A stretch of DNA of 64,000 bases from Peptococcaceae bacterium (lineage in GTDB: Bacteria; Bacillota; Desulfitobacteriia; Desulfitobacteriales; Syntrophobotulaceae). The stretch is from assembly GCA_012524045.1 (NCBI GenBank), contig JAAYSI010000016.1:697-64696 (forward strand). The letters are read 5' to 3'. Position numbers and translations under genes: made by a program. Positions 1-8,285 of the stretch are shown piece by piece (the stretch's first letter is position 1; each line of letters begins with the position of its first letter). A model generated the notes under the pieces. That model had not been told where the DNA came from. It did no database searches and saw only the letters and a program-made list of their open reading frames with translations.

Positions 1-745
1 GATGGCGCACCGGAATCAAAGATTTTACTATTTCGGGGGTAAGGGAATAAGCAAAAATTCGTTCTTCTAAGATCACATTCTCCGGAATGGAAATTCGATC
101 TACTAGCAGTCTGCCGGTATAAAGCGGTCCTTCGCTCAAAAAATGACCTAATTTGGCCAAGCCAAATGTAACGGTAACATCTCCTTTAACTGCTATATTA
201 TGTACCCTTCCGGTGTCAGCTTCCAAACCGCTCGGAATATCCACACAGACCACGGGTATCTCAGCTTTATTGAGATCTTCTATATAACTGGCTATTATCT
301 CGGGAACTTCTCCTTTAAATCCTGTCCCAAAAATAGCATCCACAGCAATTTCTGCTTGCATCAAAGCTAATTTGAACAGACGGGTCTGTTTTTCTTCCTC
401 CACTAACACTATTTTACCGCCCATTTTTTGGAACAAATTATAATTGGTTTTGGCATCGCCGCTAAGGACGCTCGGATCAGCAAAAAGAAACACGGTGACA
501 TCCATTTCCAGAATGCTTAACTGTCTGGCTATTGCTAAGCCGTCCCCTCCGTTGTTTCCTTTACCAGCAAGTATGACTGCTTTTTTACCGTGCAAAGTTT
601 TATTTTGCCGACAAAGTAAAATCTCTTTAATCTCTCTGACCACCGCTAACGCGGCGTTTTCCATTAAGACAATACCCGGTATCCCGAAGCTATTGATAGC
701 CCTGGCATCTATGTTTCGCATTTGAGCAGCACTTACTATCCGCAT
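1..745 (-). CDS. nnr: NAD(P)H-hydrate epimerase/dehydratase (YjeF/Nnr), N-terminal part; the 3' end lies outside the window
   Basis: The reading frame is open from the ATG at 745 to the window edge, which is probably why it is absent from the track (no stop in the window). My own translation is MRIVSAAQMRNIDARAINSFGIPGIVLMENAA...AGKGNNGGDGLAIARQL, a YjeF N-terminal epimerase signature. The distal part (..LTPEIVKSLIPVRH) enters the dehydratase domain. Confidence 0.8.
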   Translation of the reverse strand, partial: MRIVSAAQMRNIDARAINSFGIPGIVLMENAALAVVREIKEILLCRQNKTLHGKKAVILAGKGNNGGDGLAIARQLSILEMDVTVFLFADPSVLSGDAKTNYNLFQKMGGKIVLVEEEKQTRLFKLALMQAEIAVDAIFGTGFKGEVPEIIASYIEDLNKAEIPVVCVDIPSGLEADTGRVHNIAVKGDVTVTFGLAKLGHFLSEGPLYTGRLLVDRISIPENVILEERIFAYSLTPEIVKSLIPVRH

Positions 746-827
746 AACAGAATTCCCTCCTTTGAAACCTTCTAAGTATTATAGCTTATCTGCCTCATTT
801 CATTATAGCTTAGACTGGCTAGAGGCA

Positions 828-858
828 AAAGAAAAAATCCTTAAGGCTTAAGGATTTA
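828..858 (-). terminator. Intrinsic terminator after acpS (possibly bidirectional)
   Basis: Perfect inverted repeat aatccttaag/cttaaggatt at 836..856. It has an A-run on the plus-strand 5' side (a U-run on the minus-strand RNA) and a T-run on the 3' side. Confidence 0.55.
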
Positions 859-864
859 ATTTTT

Positions 865-1224
865 TTATAGGAACATTATAGCTATAGCTACCGCATTATC
901 CTTGCTATGAGCCAAACTGATAGTTATTTTCGAGCCACCCTTGGCGTGAAGAAGTTGTTCGGCTTTAGAGCTTAGAACAACTTGAGGTTGGCCCGATTCG
1001 TCCGTCAAAATCTCTATGTCCTGCCAACTTAGGCCCCTCAAGCCTGTGCCCAAAGCTTTGAGCACAGCCTCTTTTCCGGCAAACCTAGCTGCATAGGATG
1101 AAATATCTTTATCTTTTAAAAAATCTAGTTCAGTAGGTGTAAACAGTCTGGCGAGCAAACGCGGTTGCCTTTTGCAAGCCCGCTCAAATCTGGAAATCTC
1201 TATAATATCAATACCAGGATACAT
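865..1224 (-). CDS. acpS: Holo-[acyl-carrier-protein] synthase
   Basis: 119 aa beginning MYPGIDIIEISRFERA, with ..FTPTELDF and ..AARFAGKEAVLKALGTG. Size and motifs are typical of AcpS. Confidence 0.9.
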   Translation of the reverse strand: MYPGIDIIEISRFERACKRQPRLLARLFTPTELDFLKDKDISSYAARFAGKEAVLKALGTGLRGLSWQDIEILTDESGQPQVVLSSKAEQLLHAKGGSKITISLAHSKDNAVAIAIMFL

Positions 1225-2535
1225 CTAAGCTTCTCCTACAATCTGTTTATTTACTCTGGAATAGGGCAGCCTCATGCTTATAGTGGTTCCTATTCCAAGA
1301 GTACTTTGAATAGTTAGCCCATATTCTTCTCCGTATAGTCCACGTAAACGGGCTTGAACATTGGCTAAACCTACCCCGTTACCGGAGCCGGCAGTCGGGG
1401 TAAAAACATCTTTAAGTCTGTCCGACTCTATACCTACCCCATCATCAATCACTTCGACCAATAATTCCAAAACTCCTGTCGGAGTTTCTATTTTATACAC
1501 CCTAATTAAAACCGTTCCATTAGTCAGCTTTGGAATAATGCCATGCTTAACAGCATTTTCTACCAGCGGTTGAATGCTCAGCCTAGGCACCTCGGCATCC
1601 ATTAAAGCCCGCGGAATTTCCGTTCGAATTTTAAGCTTGCGGCCGAATCTGGCCTTTTCTAACACCAAGTAATTATTCACGAATTCCATTTCCTCTTTCA
1701 AAGATATTAAAGAAGCTTTGGATTTAAGGGCTTTACGGAAGAATTCCGACAAATGAATAAGTAGTCTACGGGCCCTGTTCGGGTTGGAACGACTTGCAGC
1801 GATAATGGTATTAAGTACATTAAAGAAAAAGTGTGGATTTATCTGAGCCTGAAGGGCATCCAGTCTGGCCTCCGTCACCAAAGTTGCTTGACGATCAAGT
1901 TCAGCTAACTCAACTTGAAGACTCAAAATCTGCCCCATTCCCGAAGCCAATCTTATTAAATCGGGAGACATCTTACCGTTCTTAGTTTCATAGAGTTTAA
2001 AAGTACCCACTACTTTGCCTCGACTGATTAGCGGCACGATTACCGCCGCCGCCAGAGGACAATCACATTCATTGGACTTAGGACAATTCAGTTCTTGCTG
2101 AGTCTGCACAATTTTATGTTTGCCTGTCCGAATTACTTCTTTAGTAGCTTCAGTCAAAATTTTATCCCCGGGGTGATGACGATCACAGCCGGCACCGAGA
2201 TAAGCCAGTTGTTTCTCACAATCCGTTATGGAAACTGCAGCTACCTGAGAAATCTCCTGGATTATTTTGGCGATGGCTTCGGCATTATGTTCATTAAGAC
2301 CGCTACGCAAATAGGGTAAAGTTTCATGCGCAATTTCAACACTTAAATCTGCTCTTCTTACCGAGTTTTGCGGTTCTATTTTTTCCTCAATAACAGTCAA
2401 ATACCAAAGTAATAAGCCGGTATCCAAAAGCAAAAAGGCGGCAAACAACATTGTACTACGCGCAATTAAGCCGATTATGATCTCAGCTATTACTATAGCT
2501 ATTATTGTGATCTTTACTTTTTTACCAGCTTTCAT
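1225..2535 (-). CDS. Sensor histidine kinase, LytS/YehU type (2 TM, GAF-like domain, His_kinase, HATPase_c)
   Basis: Contains the INPHFFFNVLNTI phospho-acceptor motif of the LytS/YehU His_kinase domain. The C-terminal ATPase has N-box LVENAVKHG and G-boxes DDGVGI and GVGLANV. The maximal ORF reaches 2604. I prefer the ATG at 2535 (MKAGKK...) because it avoids a 20-nt overlap with the upstream gene. Confidence 0.8.
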   Translation of the reverse strand: MKAGKKVKITIIAIVIAEIIIGLIARSTMLFAAFLLLDTGLLLWYLTVIEEKIEPQNSVRRADLSVEIAHETLPYLRSGLNEHNAEAIAKIIQEISQVAAVSITDCEKQLAYLGAGCDRHHPGDKILTEATKEVIRTGKHKIVQTQQELNCPKSNECDCPLAAAVIVPLISRGKVVGTFKLYETKNGKMSPDLIRLASGMGQILSLQVELAELDRQATLVTEARLDALQAQINPHFFFNVLNTIIAASRSNPNRARRLLIHLSEFFRKALKSKASLISLKEEMEFVNNYLVLEKARFGRKLKIRTEIPRALMDAEVPRLSIQPLVENAVKHGIIPKLTNGTVLIRVYKIETPTGVLELLVEVIDDGVGIESDRLKDVFTPTAGSGNGVGLANVQARLRGLYGEEYGLTIQSTLGIGTTISMRLPYSRVNKQIVGEA

Positions 2536-2584
2536 CACACCTACTTCTATCCTCCAACTCTTTAAACCACTTAACCCAATTGCC

Positions 2585-3223
2585 TCATTCTTCCATGGTC
2601 CCAAGCAGCAAATTTTCTACTTTCTTTAAACCTTCATCATTGCTTACAACCAACAACACATCTCCGGCTTGGAGAATTTTATCCGCTTCCGGTGAGAAAA
2701 TCTCCAGGCCGTTACGCACAACCCCTACTACCGTTGCACCTGTCATCTCTCTGAGCTTCAATTCTCGCAAAGTGTGTCCTTCGGCTAGAGAATTGGCTTC
2801 CACTTCAATCTCAGCCACATCATGCCAGCGCGTAATAAATTTATCAGCAAAATTAGATATTTTATTTAGTAAAACATCAATCTGTCTGTCTATTTCCTGT
2901 CTTTTATCCATTAGCTTCCTAAGTTCTTCAATAAAAGTTAGAATTTCATTTTTCTGATTAGTGGAACGTAAAAACTTTTCCGCGTTTATTTTGGACGTTA
3001 CAATAATGCCAATGCCTTGCTTAACCTCAACTACCCCTTCGCTTTGTAGGATAGCGATCGCCCGGCGAATAGTTTCCGGGGAAACATTAAACCTTCCTGC
3101 TAAGGTAGACCTTCCATGGATTTTATCACCTTCACGATATTCACCTAGAACTATCGCGTGGGCAAGATGGTTGGCTATTTCCTGATACCTGGCCAGTTCC
3201 AATATATATCCCTTGCTTTCCAT
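2585..3223 (-). CDS. GntR-family winged-helix regulator fused to a TrkA_C (RCK_C) ligand-binding domain
   Basis: The N-terminus (..GDKIHGRSTLAGRFNVSPETIRRAIAILQSEGVVEVKQGIG) is a GntR HTH. The C-terminus (..LRELKLREMTGATVVGVVRNGLEIFSPEADKILQAGDVLLVV) is a TrkA_C fold motif. Confidence 0.8.
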   Translation of the reverse strand: MESKGYILELARYQEIANHLAHAIVLGEYREGDKIHGRSTLAGRFNVSPETIRRAIAILQSEGVVEVKQGIGIIVTSKINAEKFLRSTNQKNEILTFIEELRKLMDKRQEIDRQIDVLLNKISNFADKFITRWHDVAEIEVEANSLAEGHTLRELKLREMTGATVVGVVRNGLEIFSPEADKILQAGDVLLVVSNDEGLKKVENLLLGTMEE

Positions 3224-3324
3224 ATATTATTAAAATTTATATTACTGATGAATCAAAAAATAATCAAGCAATTATACTATTATAACAAGTATATACCAGG
3301 TTTGCGAATATCTTTTCTGATATC

Positions 3325-3354
3325 TTGACATGTGACAACTTTTTATGTTAATAT
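3325..3354 (+). promoter_or_regulatory. Candidate sigma-A promoter for kamA
   Basis: TTGACA at 3325..3330, followed by an extended -10 TGtTAATAT at 3346..3354 (18-nt spacer to TAATAT). Confidence 0.45.
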
Positions 3355-3424
3355 TGGTTGCCTGTTAAAATTTTAACATTTTTTTTTAATTTTTTCGGAG
3401 GGAGGATGATATTTATGGCTTTAG

Positions 3425-4674
3425 AATTTACCGACCGGGAAAATGAATTGCGTAAACATTCTCTACAACGAGCAGACGAATTAAAAAAACACATTGAACC
3501 CTATTTAGAAAAGAGTAAGAACATAAAAACAGGGTTTAATCAAGCAGATTTTTATGAAACTCAGAAACAACAAATCCTCCGTTATTTCAATGCAACCCAG
3601 GAAAACTGGGAAGACTGGCATTGGCAAATAAAACATCGAATATCTGATGTTGATACCTTAAGCTCCATTTTTGCGCTGACTGAAGAACAAAAACAAGAAA
3701 TACTCAAAGTTGGTGAAACATACCGTTGGGCTGTATCCCCTTATTATCTTAGCCTTATGGATTTCAGTGATTCTAACGACCCGATTATTCTCCAAGGCCT
3801 TCCGAATATTGCGGAACTGCAGGATGAAGAAGGTGAAGAGGATCCAATGGGTGAAGCTTATACTTCTCCTGCACCTTGTATAACCAGACGTTATCCTGAT
3901 AGGCTGATTATAAACGTAACCAATATTTGTGGTATGTATTGCCGCCACTGCCAGCGTCGCCGCAATATCGGCGAAACCGATGTGCATAGAAAAAAAGAGG
4001 ACTTACAAGCAGCGTTGGATTATATCCGGGCCAACCCGGAAATCAGGGATGTGTTGGTGACCGGAGGAGATGCGCTCTTTTTAAGTGACAATACGCTAGA
4101 TTGGCTCCTTGGTGAAATACACAACATTCCTCATGTTGAAATCAAGCGAATAGGAACCAGAGCACCCGTAACACTACCTATGCGGGTTACCGACAACCTG
4201 ATAAAGATTTTGGCTAAATATCCGCCTATTTATCTTAATACCCAATTCAACCATCCAAAAGAAGTTACTCCAGAGGCTAAAAAGGCCGCAGATCGGCTAG
4301 TCTCTGCCGGCGTTATCCTGGGTAACCAAGCCGTGCTATTGAAAGGGGTCAATAACGACCCAGATGTTATGAAAAAATTGAACCACGAGCTATTAAAAAT
4401 TCGGGTTCGTCCCTACTATATTTTCCATGCTAAAAATGTCAAGGGAACAAGACACTTTATCCCTTCAATTCAAGAAGGCCTTGCTATTATGGAGCAACTT
4501 CGCGGGTATACTTCCGGCTTAGCAATACCTTCCTACATCATAAATGCTCCAAAAGGTGGCGGCAAAACTCCGATTCTGCCGCAGTATCTGGTTTCACTTG
4601 ACAATGAAAAAGCTGTTCTCCGTACTTGGGAAGGGAAGGTCGTACATTACGACAATCACACAGAAAGTGAATAA
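3425..4674 (+). CDS. kamA: L-lysine 2,3-aminomutase (radical SAM, PLP)
   Basis: Radical SAM cluster motif CGMYCRHCQRRR and the KamA-family body (YRWAVSPYY, VLVTGGDAL, RPYYIFH). GGAGGGAGG lies 9 nt upstream of the ATG at 3425, giving 416 aa. The track ORF begins earlier, at a TTG. Confidence 0.9.
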
Positions 4675-4690
4675 AACGAACACTTGAAAA

Positions 4691-4720
4691 GTCTTCAGCA
4701 GCAAACTGAAGGCTTTTTTC
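4691..4720 (+). terminator. Intrinsic terminator after kamA
   Basis: Stem cttcag/ctgaag with extension, followed by TTTTTT. Confidence 0.55.
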
Positions 4721-4786
4721 TCTTTATCAAGTGAGTAGCTACGGCACGTGGTGAGCGAGTAATACTCAAGCATACTATTATAGGAC

Positions 4787-5704
4787 TCAATTGGAACCAT
4801 ACTTACTTCCCTGAAAGCTATTTCTTCTGGCCATTTCCTGATCTATGCCGTTTAAAATTTCCCATTTGCGCCGGGTCCATTCCGGGGCAATCACATCTTT
4901 AGCCGGTCCGTCCCCCATCAGTCTGTGAATGATCAAATCGGGCGGCAGAATCTCCAGTATATCGGCCACCAAATCAATATACTGCTCTTTGCTAAGCAAC
5001 TCAAATTTTTCTTTTTCATATAGGGAGGCAAGCCTGGTCCCTCTTAAAATATGCAGCGAATGAAGCTTTATACCCTGTATATCTTCATAGGCTACAGTTT
5101 GAGCAGTTTTAAGCATCTCAGCCGGACTCTCACAGGGCAGACCAAGGATAACATGGGCGCAGACTCGAATATTCCTTTGACGCAGTTGAGCTAGACCTTG
5201 CTGAAAGCACTGGTAATCATGTCCTCTATTCATCCACTCTAAACTTTTTGAATGAATGGATTGCAGGCCAAGCTCAACCCATAAATAGGTTTTTCGGTTT
5301 AAGTCGGCAAGCACCGTTAAGATTTCCTCATTCAAGCAGTCCGGGCGGGTAGAAATAGACAGGCCTACCACATCGTCTAAGTTTAACGCTTCTTCATATA
5401 GGTTTTTTAAATAATCCACCGGCCCATAGGTTGCAGTGAAAGATTGAAAATAAGCGATATATTTGGCTTTAGGCCACTTCTTGACTGTCCTTTGCCGTAC
5501 TTGGGCAAACTGTTCGTCAATTGCCAACCCTCTATCCCCGGCAAAATCACCGGAACCCTTTTCACTGCAAAAAATGCAGCCACCGTAGCTTAAGGTCCCG
5601 TCTCTGTTAGGGCAGCTCAACCCAGCGTCTAATGAAACCTTAATTACCTTGGTCCCGAATACCTGGCGCAAATGCTGATTTAAAGTAAAATAGCGTTTAT
5701 CCAT
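4787..5704 (-). CDS. TIGR01212-family radical SAM protein
   Basis: N-terminal CPNRDGTLSYGGCIFC cluster region and overall similarity to the YtqA/TIGR01212 family. The start is uncertain among 5704, 5716 and 5761; I chose 5704 (MDKRYF). Confidence 0.8.
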   Translation of the reverse strand: MDKRYFTLNQHLRQVFGTKVIKVSLDAGLSCPNRDGTLSYGGCIFCSEKGSGDFAGDRGLAIDEQFAQVRQRTVKKWPKAKYIAYFQSFTATYGPVDYLKNLYEEALNLDDVVGLSISTRPDCLNEEILTVLADLNRKTYLWVELGLQSIHSKSLEWMNRGHDYQCFQQGLAQLRQRNIRVCAHVILGLPCESPAEMLKTAQTVAYEDIQGIKLHSLHILRGTRLASLYEKEKFELLSKEQYIDLVADILEILPPDLIIHRLMGDGPAKDVIAPEWTRRKWEILNGIDQEMARRNSFQGSKYGSN

Positions 5705-5724
5705 TAACTTCCTCATCCAGTACT

Positions 5725-6672
5725 TTAATTTAAGCCTGTTCCCCAGATCTCCTGTCCACAACGGCTACACTTGCCGTTTTCAGTTTGCATCCTAACTTTC
5801 CAACCCCTAGTTATTACTTCTAGCCCACATTGCGGACAATAAGTTGTATTCCCGCCGGCCATATTTCCGAGATAGACATAGGGTAGATAGTTCTGAGCCA
5901 GTTGAGCTAAGTTTTGCAATTTAGCCTGGTCGGTAGCCGGAATATCGCTCTTATACCTGGGGTAATACCTACTTAAATGCCAGGCTACCGGAGCCGGTAA
6001 ATCCGCCAGCCATTTGGCCAATTCTTTAATCTCTTCCGGATCATCATTTAATGTAGGAATAATTAAGGTGGTGACTTCAGTATGGATCCTACCGACGAGC
6101 TTTTCGACCGTATCTAGGACCCATTTTAGCCGGCCTTTGGTATGTTTTAGATAGAAGTCATCGCTGAATGCTTTGATATCGATATTTGCCGCATCTAAAA
6201 AAGGGATGAGTCTCTCCAAATAATCCTGTTCGATGATCCCATTGCTTACAAGGACTACTTTGCCACCGCGACTCTTGACTAAAGGCGCAGTATCGAGAAT
6301 CATCTCGTACCACATAAGGGGTTCCGAATAGGTAAAACAGATACCAATCGAATTATTTTGCGCTGACAGTAGGGCCAGTTGTTCCGGCGTAACCTTTTGC
6401 CCCTTGGCAACTGTCTGGGATATTTCATAATTTTGGCAATAAAAACATTTTAAATTGCAGCCGTAAGCCCCAACCGAGAATATCCAACTTCCGGGATAAA
6501 AATGATAAAGCGGCTTTTTCTCAATCGGATCAAGATGCCAGGCTGCTGCTTCCCCATATGTCAAGCTAACTATCTTACCGTCCTGCTGTGTTCTGGTTTG
6601 GCAGATTCCAACCTGACCGGGTTTCAAGCGACAATGGTGAGGACAAATAGGGCACTCTAACACCTTAGACAT
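5725..6672 (-). CDS. AmmeMemoRadiSam-system radical SAM enzyme (PFL-activase-like)
   Basis: CNLKCFYCQN radical SAM motif, an N-terminal CPICPHHC cysteine pair and C-terminal CPQCG..CSRCG. It sits directly downstream of an AMMECR1-domain gene. Confidence 0.8.
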   Translation of the reverse strand: MSKVLECPICPHHCRLKPGQVGICQTRTQQDGKIVSLTYGEAAAWHLDPIEKKPLYHFYPGSWIFSVGAYGCNLKCFYCQNYEISQTVAKGQKVTPEQLALLSAQNNSIGICFTYSEPLMWYEMILDTAPLVKSRGGKVVLVSNGIIEQDYLERLIPFLDAANIDIKAFSDDFYLKHTKGRLKWVLDTVEKLVGRIHTEVTTLIIPTLNDDPEEIKELAKWLADLPAPVAWHLSRYYPRYKSDIPATDQAKLQNLAQLAQNYLPYVYLGNMAGGNTTYCPQCGLEVITRGWKVRMQTENGKCSRCGQEIWGTGLN

Positions 6673-6689
6673 AAATTATCCTCCGATAT

Positions 6690-7952
6690 CTATTCAAAGA
6701 ATCTTTGTACTTCAAAACGCCATAACTCCACTTCTTCCTGCTCCAGGATACCCGCTTTTTGCTTGGCGATGCTGACTTGTTCTTCTACCGTGTCTACTCC
6801 CTCTAGACGCGGTAAAAGCAAACCAACCTTGCCCCTGTGTTTGACTACCACTCCATAACGCTGTGGATCCAACTCGTCATAGCCGGATATTTTTTCTAAA
6901 TCCCCAAGTATATCTACCGATACGGTGATTAGTGGTAATTCAGACGCTTGAACTGGCCAGAAACGAGGATCTTGGGTCGCCGCAGATATCGCATTACGCC
7001 TTATTTCCGAAGCGAGATTTTCCCGAACCGGCTGAATCGTACCTATACATCCCCGCAGTTGCCCATCTTTTTTCAAAGTAACGAAACAGCCTTTTTTCTC
7101 TTTTAATAAAGGATCCCCTGGAACATTTAATTTATCAAAAGGCTGGGAGGTAAAATAATAGGTCAAGCATTCTTTGGCATACCCGGCAATGGGCGACGAA
7201 CGGTAAATTTCGGCTACCAGATATCCCACCCCATAAGGTCCTTCGTAAGACAAAACTTTGATAGAGCCTTCGCGAGCCCCCAAAGCAAATAGTAGAGATC
7301 TATAGCCGCATTCGGCTGCTTCCTCTAGTAAATCATCGGGTATGGCTCTAATCAAAGCGGTATTTTTTCTCAATCCTTTGGCGATTATATTATCCACCTT
7401 AGGACCGGACGGATGGTAGCCGTAGGGCCCGTCCTCTTTTAACTTATGAGAAAGGTCACCGCTTGCTAAGAGCGCCCAACGCTCGGCAGAATTATTCATA
7501 AGCTGGCCGACCTTCTGGCCGTAAGCCTCAGGATCGTTTAAAGGCATACCTAGCACTACTATCTTGCCAGCCCAACCGGCCTCCCGACAAAAGTAAAGGG
7601 GAACCAGCGTTCCGTGATCCAAAGTGGTCTTAACTGGGACAGCTTCCGGGATTTCTTCTTTGATCTTTGAAAGTAAATCTTGGTTGACTTCCAGATTAAA
7701 ACTAACCTGCGGCGCCCCAAAATTTCTAAAATCCCCTTTTAACCGCTCCCCCTCTAAATACGAAAAGCCTCGCCGGGTTAAAGGGGCATGCGGAGACACG
7801 ATTAGGATATTATCCACTTCCATTTCTACTATACTCTGAGCAATTTTCTGAAAAGCTTTTATTGTAGCCTCTGCAGTTTTTTCCTCCCCCTGGCCGATAG
7901 CCGGCACTATAATCGGCGGATGTGGGACATAGCCAATATACACTAAACTCAT
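6690..7952 (-). CDS. Fusion protein: class-III extradiol-dioxygenase-like (LigB/Memo-fold) N-terminal domain plus AMMECR1 C-terminal domain
   Basis: The N-terminal half carries VPHPP, SPHAP, DHGTLVPLYF and SGDLSHKL. The C-terminal half carries GCFVTLKKDGQLRGCIGT, the AMMECR1 core. GGAGG lies 7 nt upstream of the ATG at 7952; the track ORF extends to 7973. Confidence 0.75.
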   Translation of the reverse strand: MSLVYIGYVPHPPIIVPAIGQGEEKTAEATIKAFQKIAQSIVEMEVDNILIVSPHAPLTRRGFSYLEGERLKGDFRNFGAPQVSFNLEVNQDLLSKIKEEIPEAVPVKTTLDHGTLVPLYFCREAGWAGKIVVLGMPLNDPEAYGQKVGQLMNNSAERWALLASGDLSHKLKEDGPYGYHPSGPKVDNIIAKGLRKNTALIRAIPDDLLEEAAECGYRSLLFALGAREGSIKVLSYEGPYGVGYLVAEIYRSSPIAGYAKECLTYYFTSQPFDKLNVPGDPLLKEKKGCFVTLKKDGQLRGCIGTIQPVRENLASEIRRNAISAATQDPRFWPVQASELPLITVSVDILGDLEKISGYDELDPQRYGVVVKHRGKVGLLLPRLEGVDTVEEQVSIAKQKAGILEQEEVELWRFEVQRFFE

Positions 7953-7974
7953 CAAAGTACCTCCTATTCTCATG

Positions 7975-8004
7975 AAAGATTTATAAAGATTTATAAAGAT
8001 TTAC
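7975..8004. repeat. Three tandem 10-bp units (aaagatttat x2, then aaagatttac)
   Basis: Read directly from the sequence. The repeat lies immediately upstream of the fusion-gene start. Confidence 0.8.
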
Positions 8005-8285
8005 ATAAATCTAATATTACCTTGCTGCTAACGGTAAATAATTCCTCTTATCCTAGGTCTGACATAAAAATTGCTTAAAAACTAGGAAGAAACTAGTTAT
8101 TACTACTTAATATTATAAAACTTCCTACTTGTTATTTAAATTAAACTGTGTTAACTTTTTCATATGTATTTTTTTACTGGTTATTTTACTTGTAAGTTTT
8201 ATTTTTGATTATAACCTGGTATTAAGTTTAATATTATACACTTATAGTATTTAAAAAAGACTTCTGTCTTAGGGGGGATACGAGC

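Noticed and set aside
4594-4800. Small track ORFs in terminator or intergenic regions: 4594..4800, 15990..16220, 15317..15529, 22707..22898, 42681..42869, 58294..58584 and 35306..35554.
   Set aside because: They have no RBS and low-complexity or hydrophobic nonsense composition. They overlap terminators, promoters or better-supported genes.
8005-8285. GlnR/TnrA site (TGTNA-N7-TNACA) or glutamine riboswitch upstream of glnN.
   Set aside because: The closest string (tgttaactttttcat) fails the second half-site. No structured GC-containing element is present.
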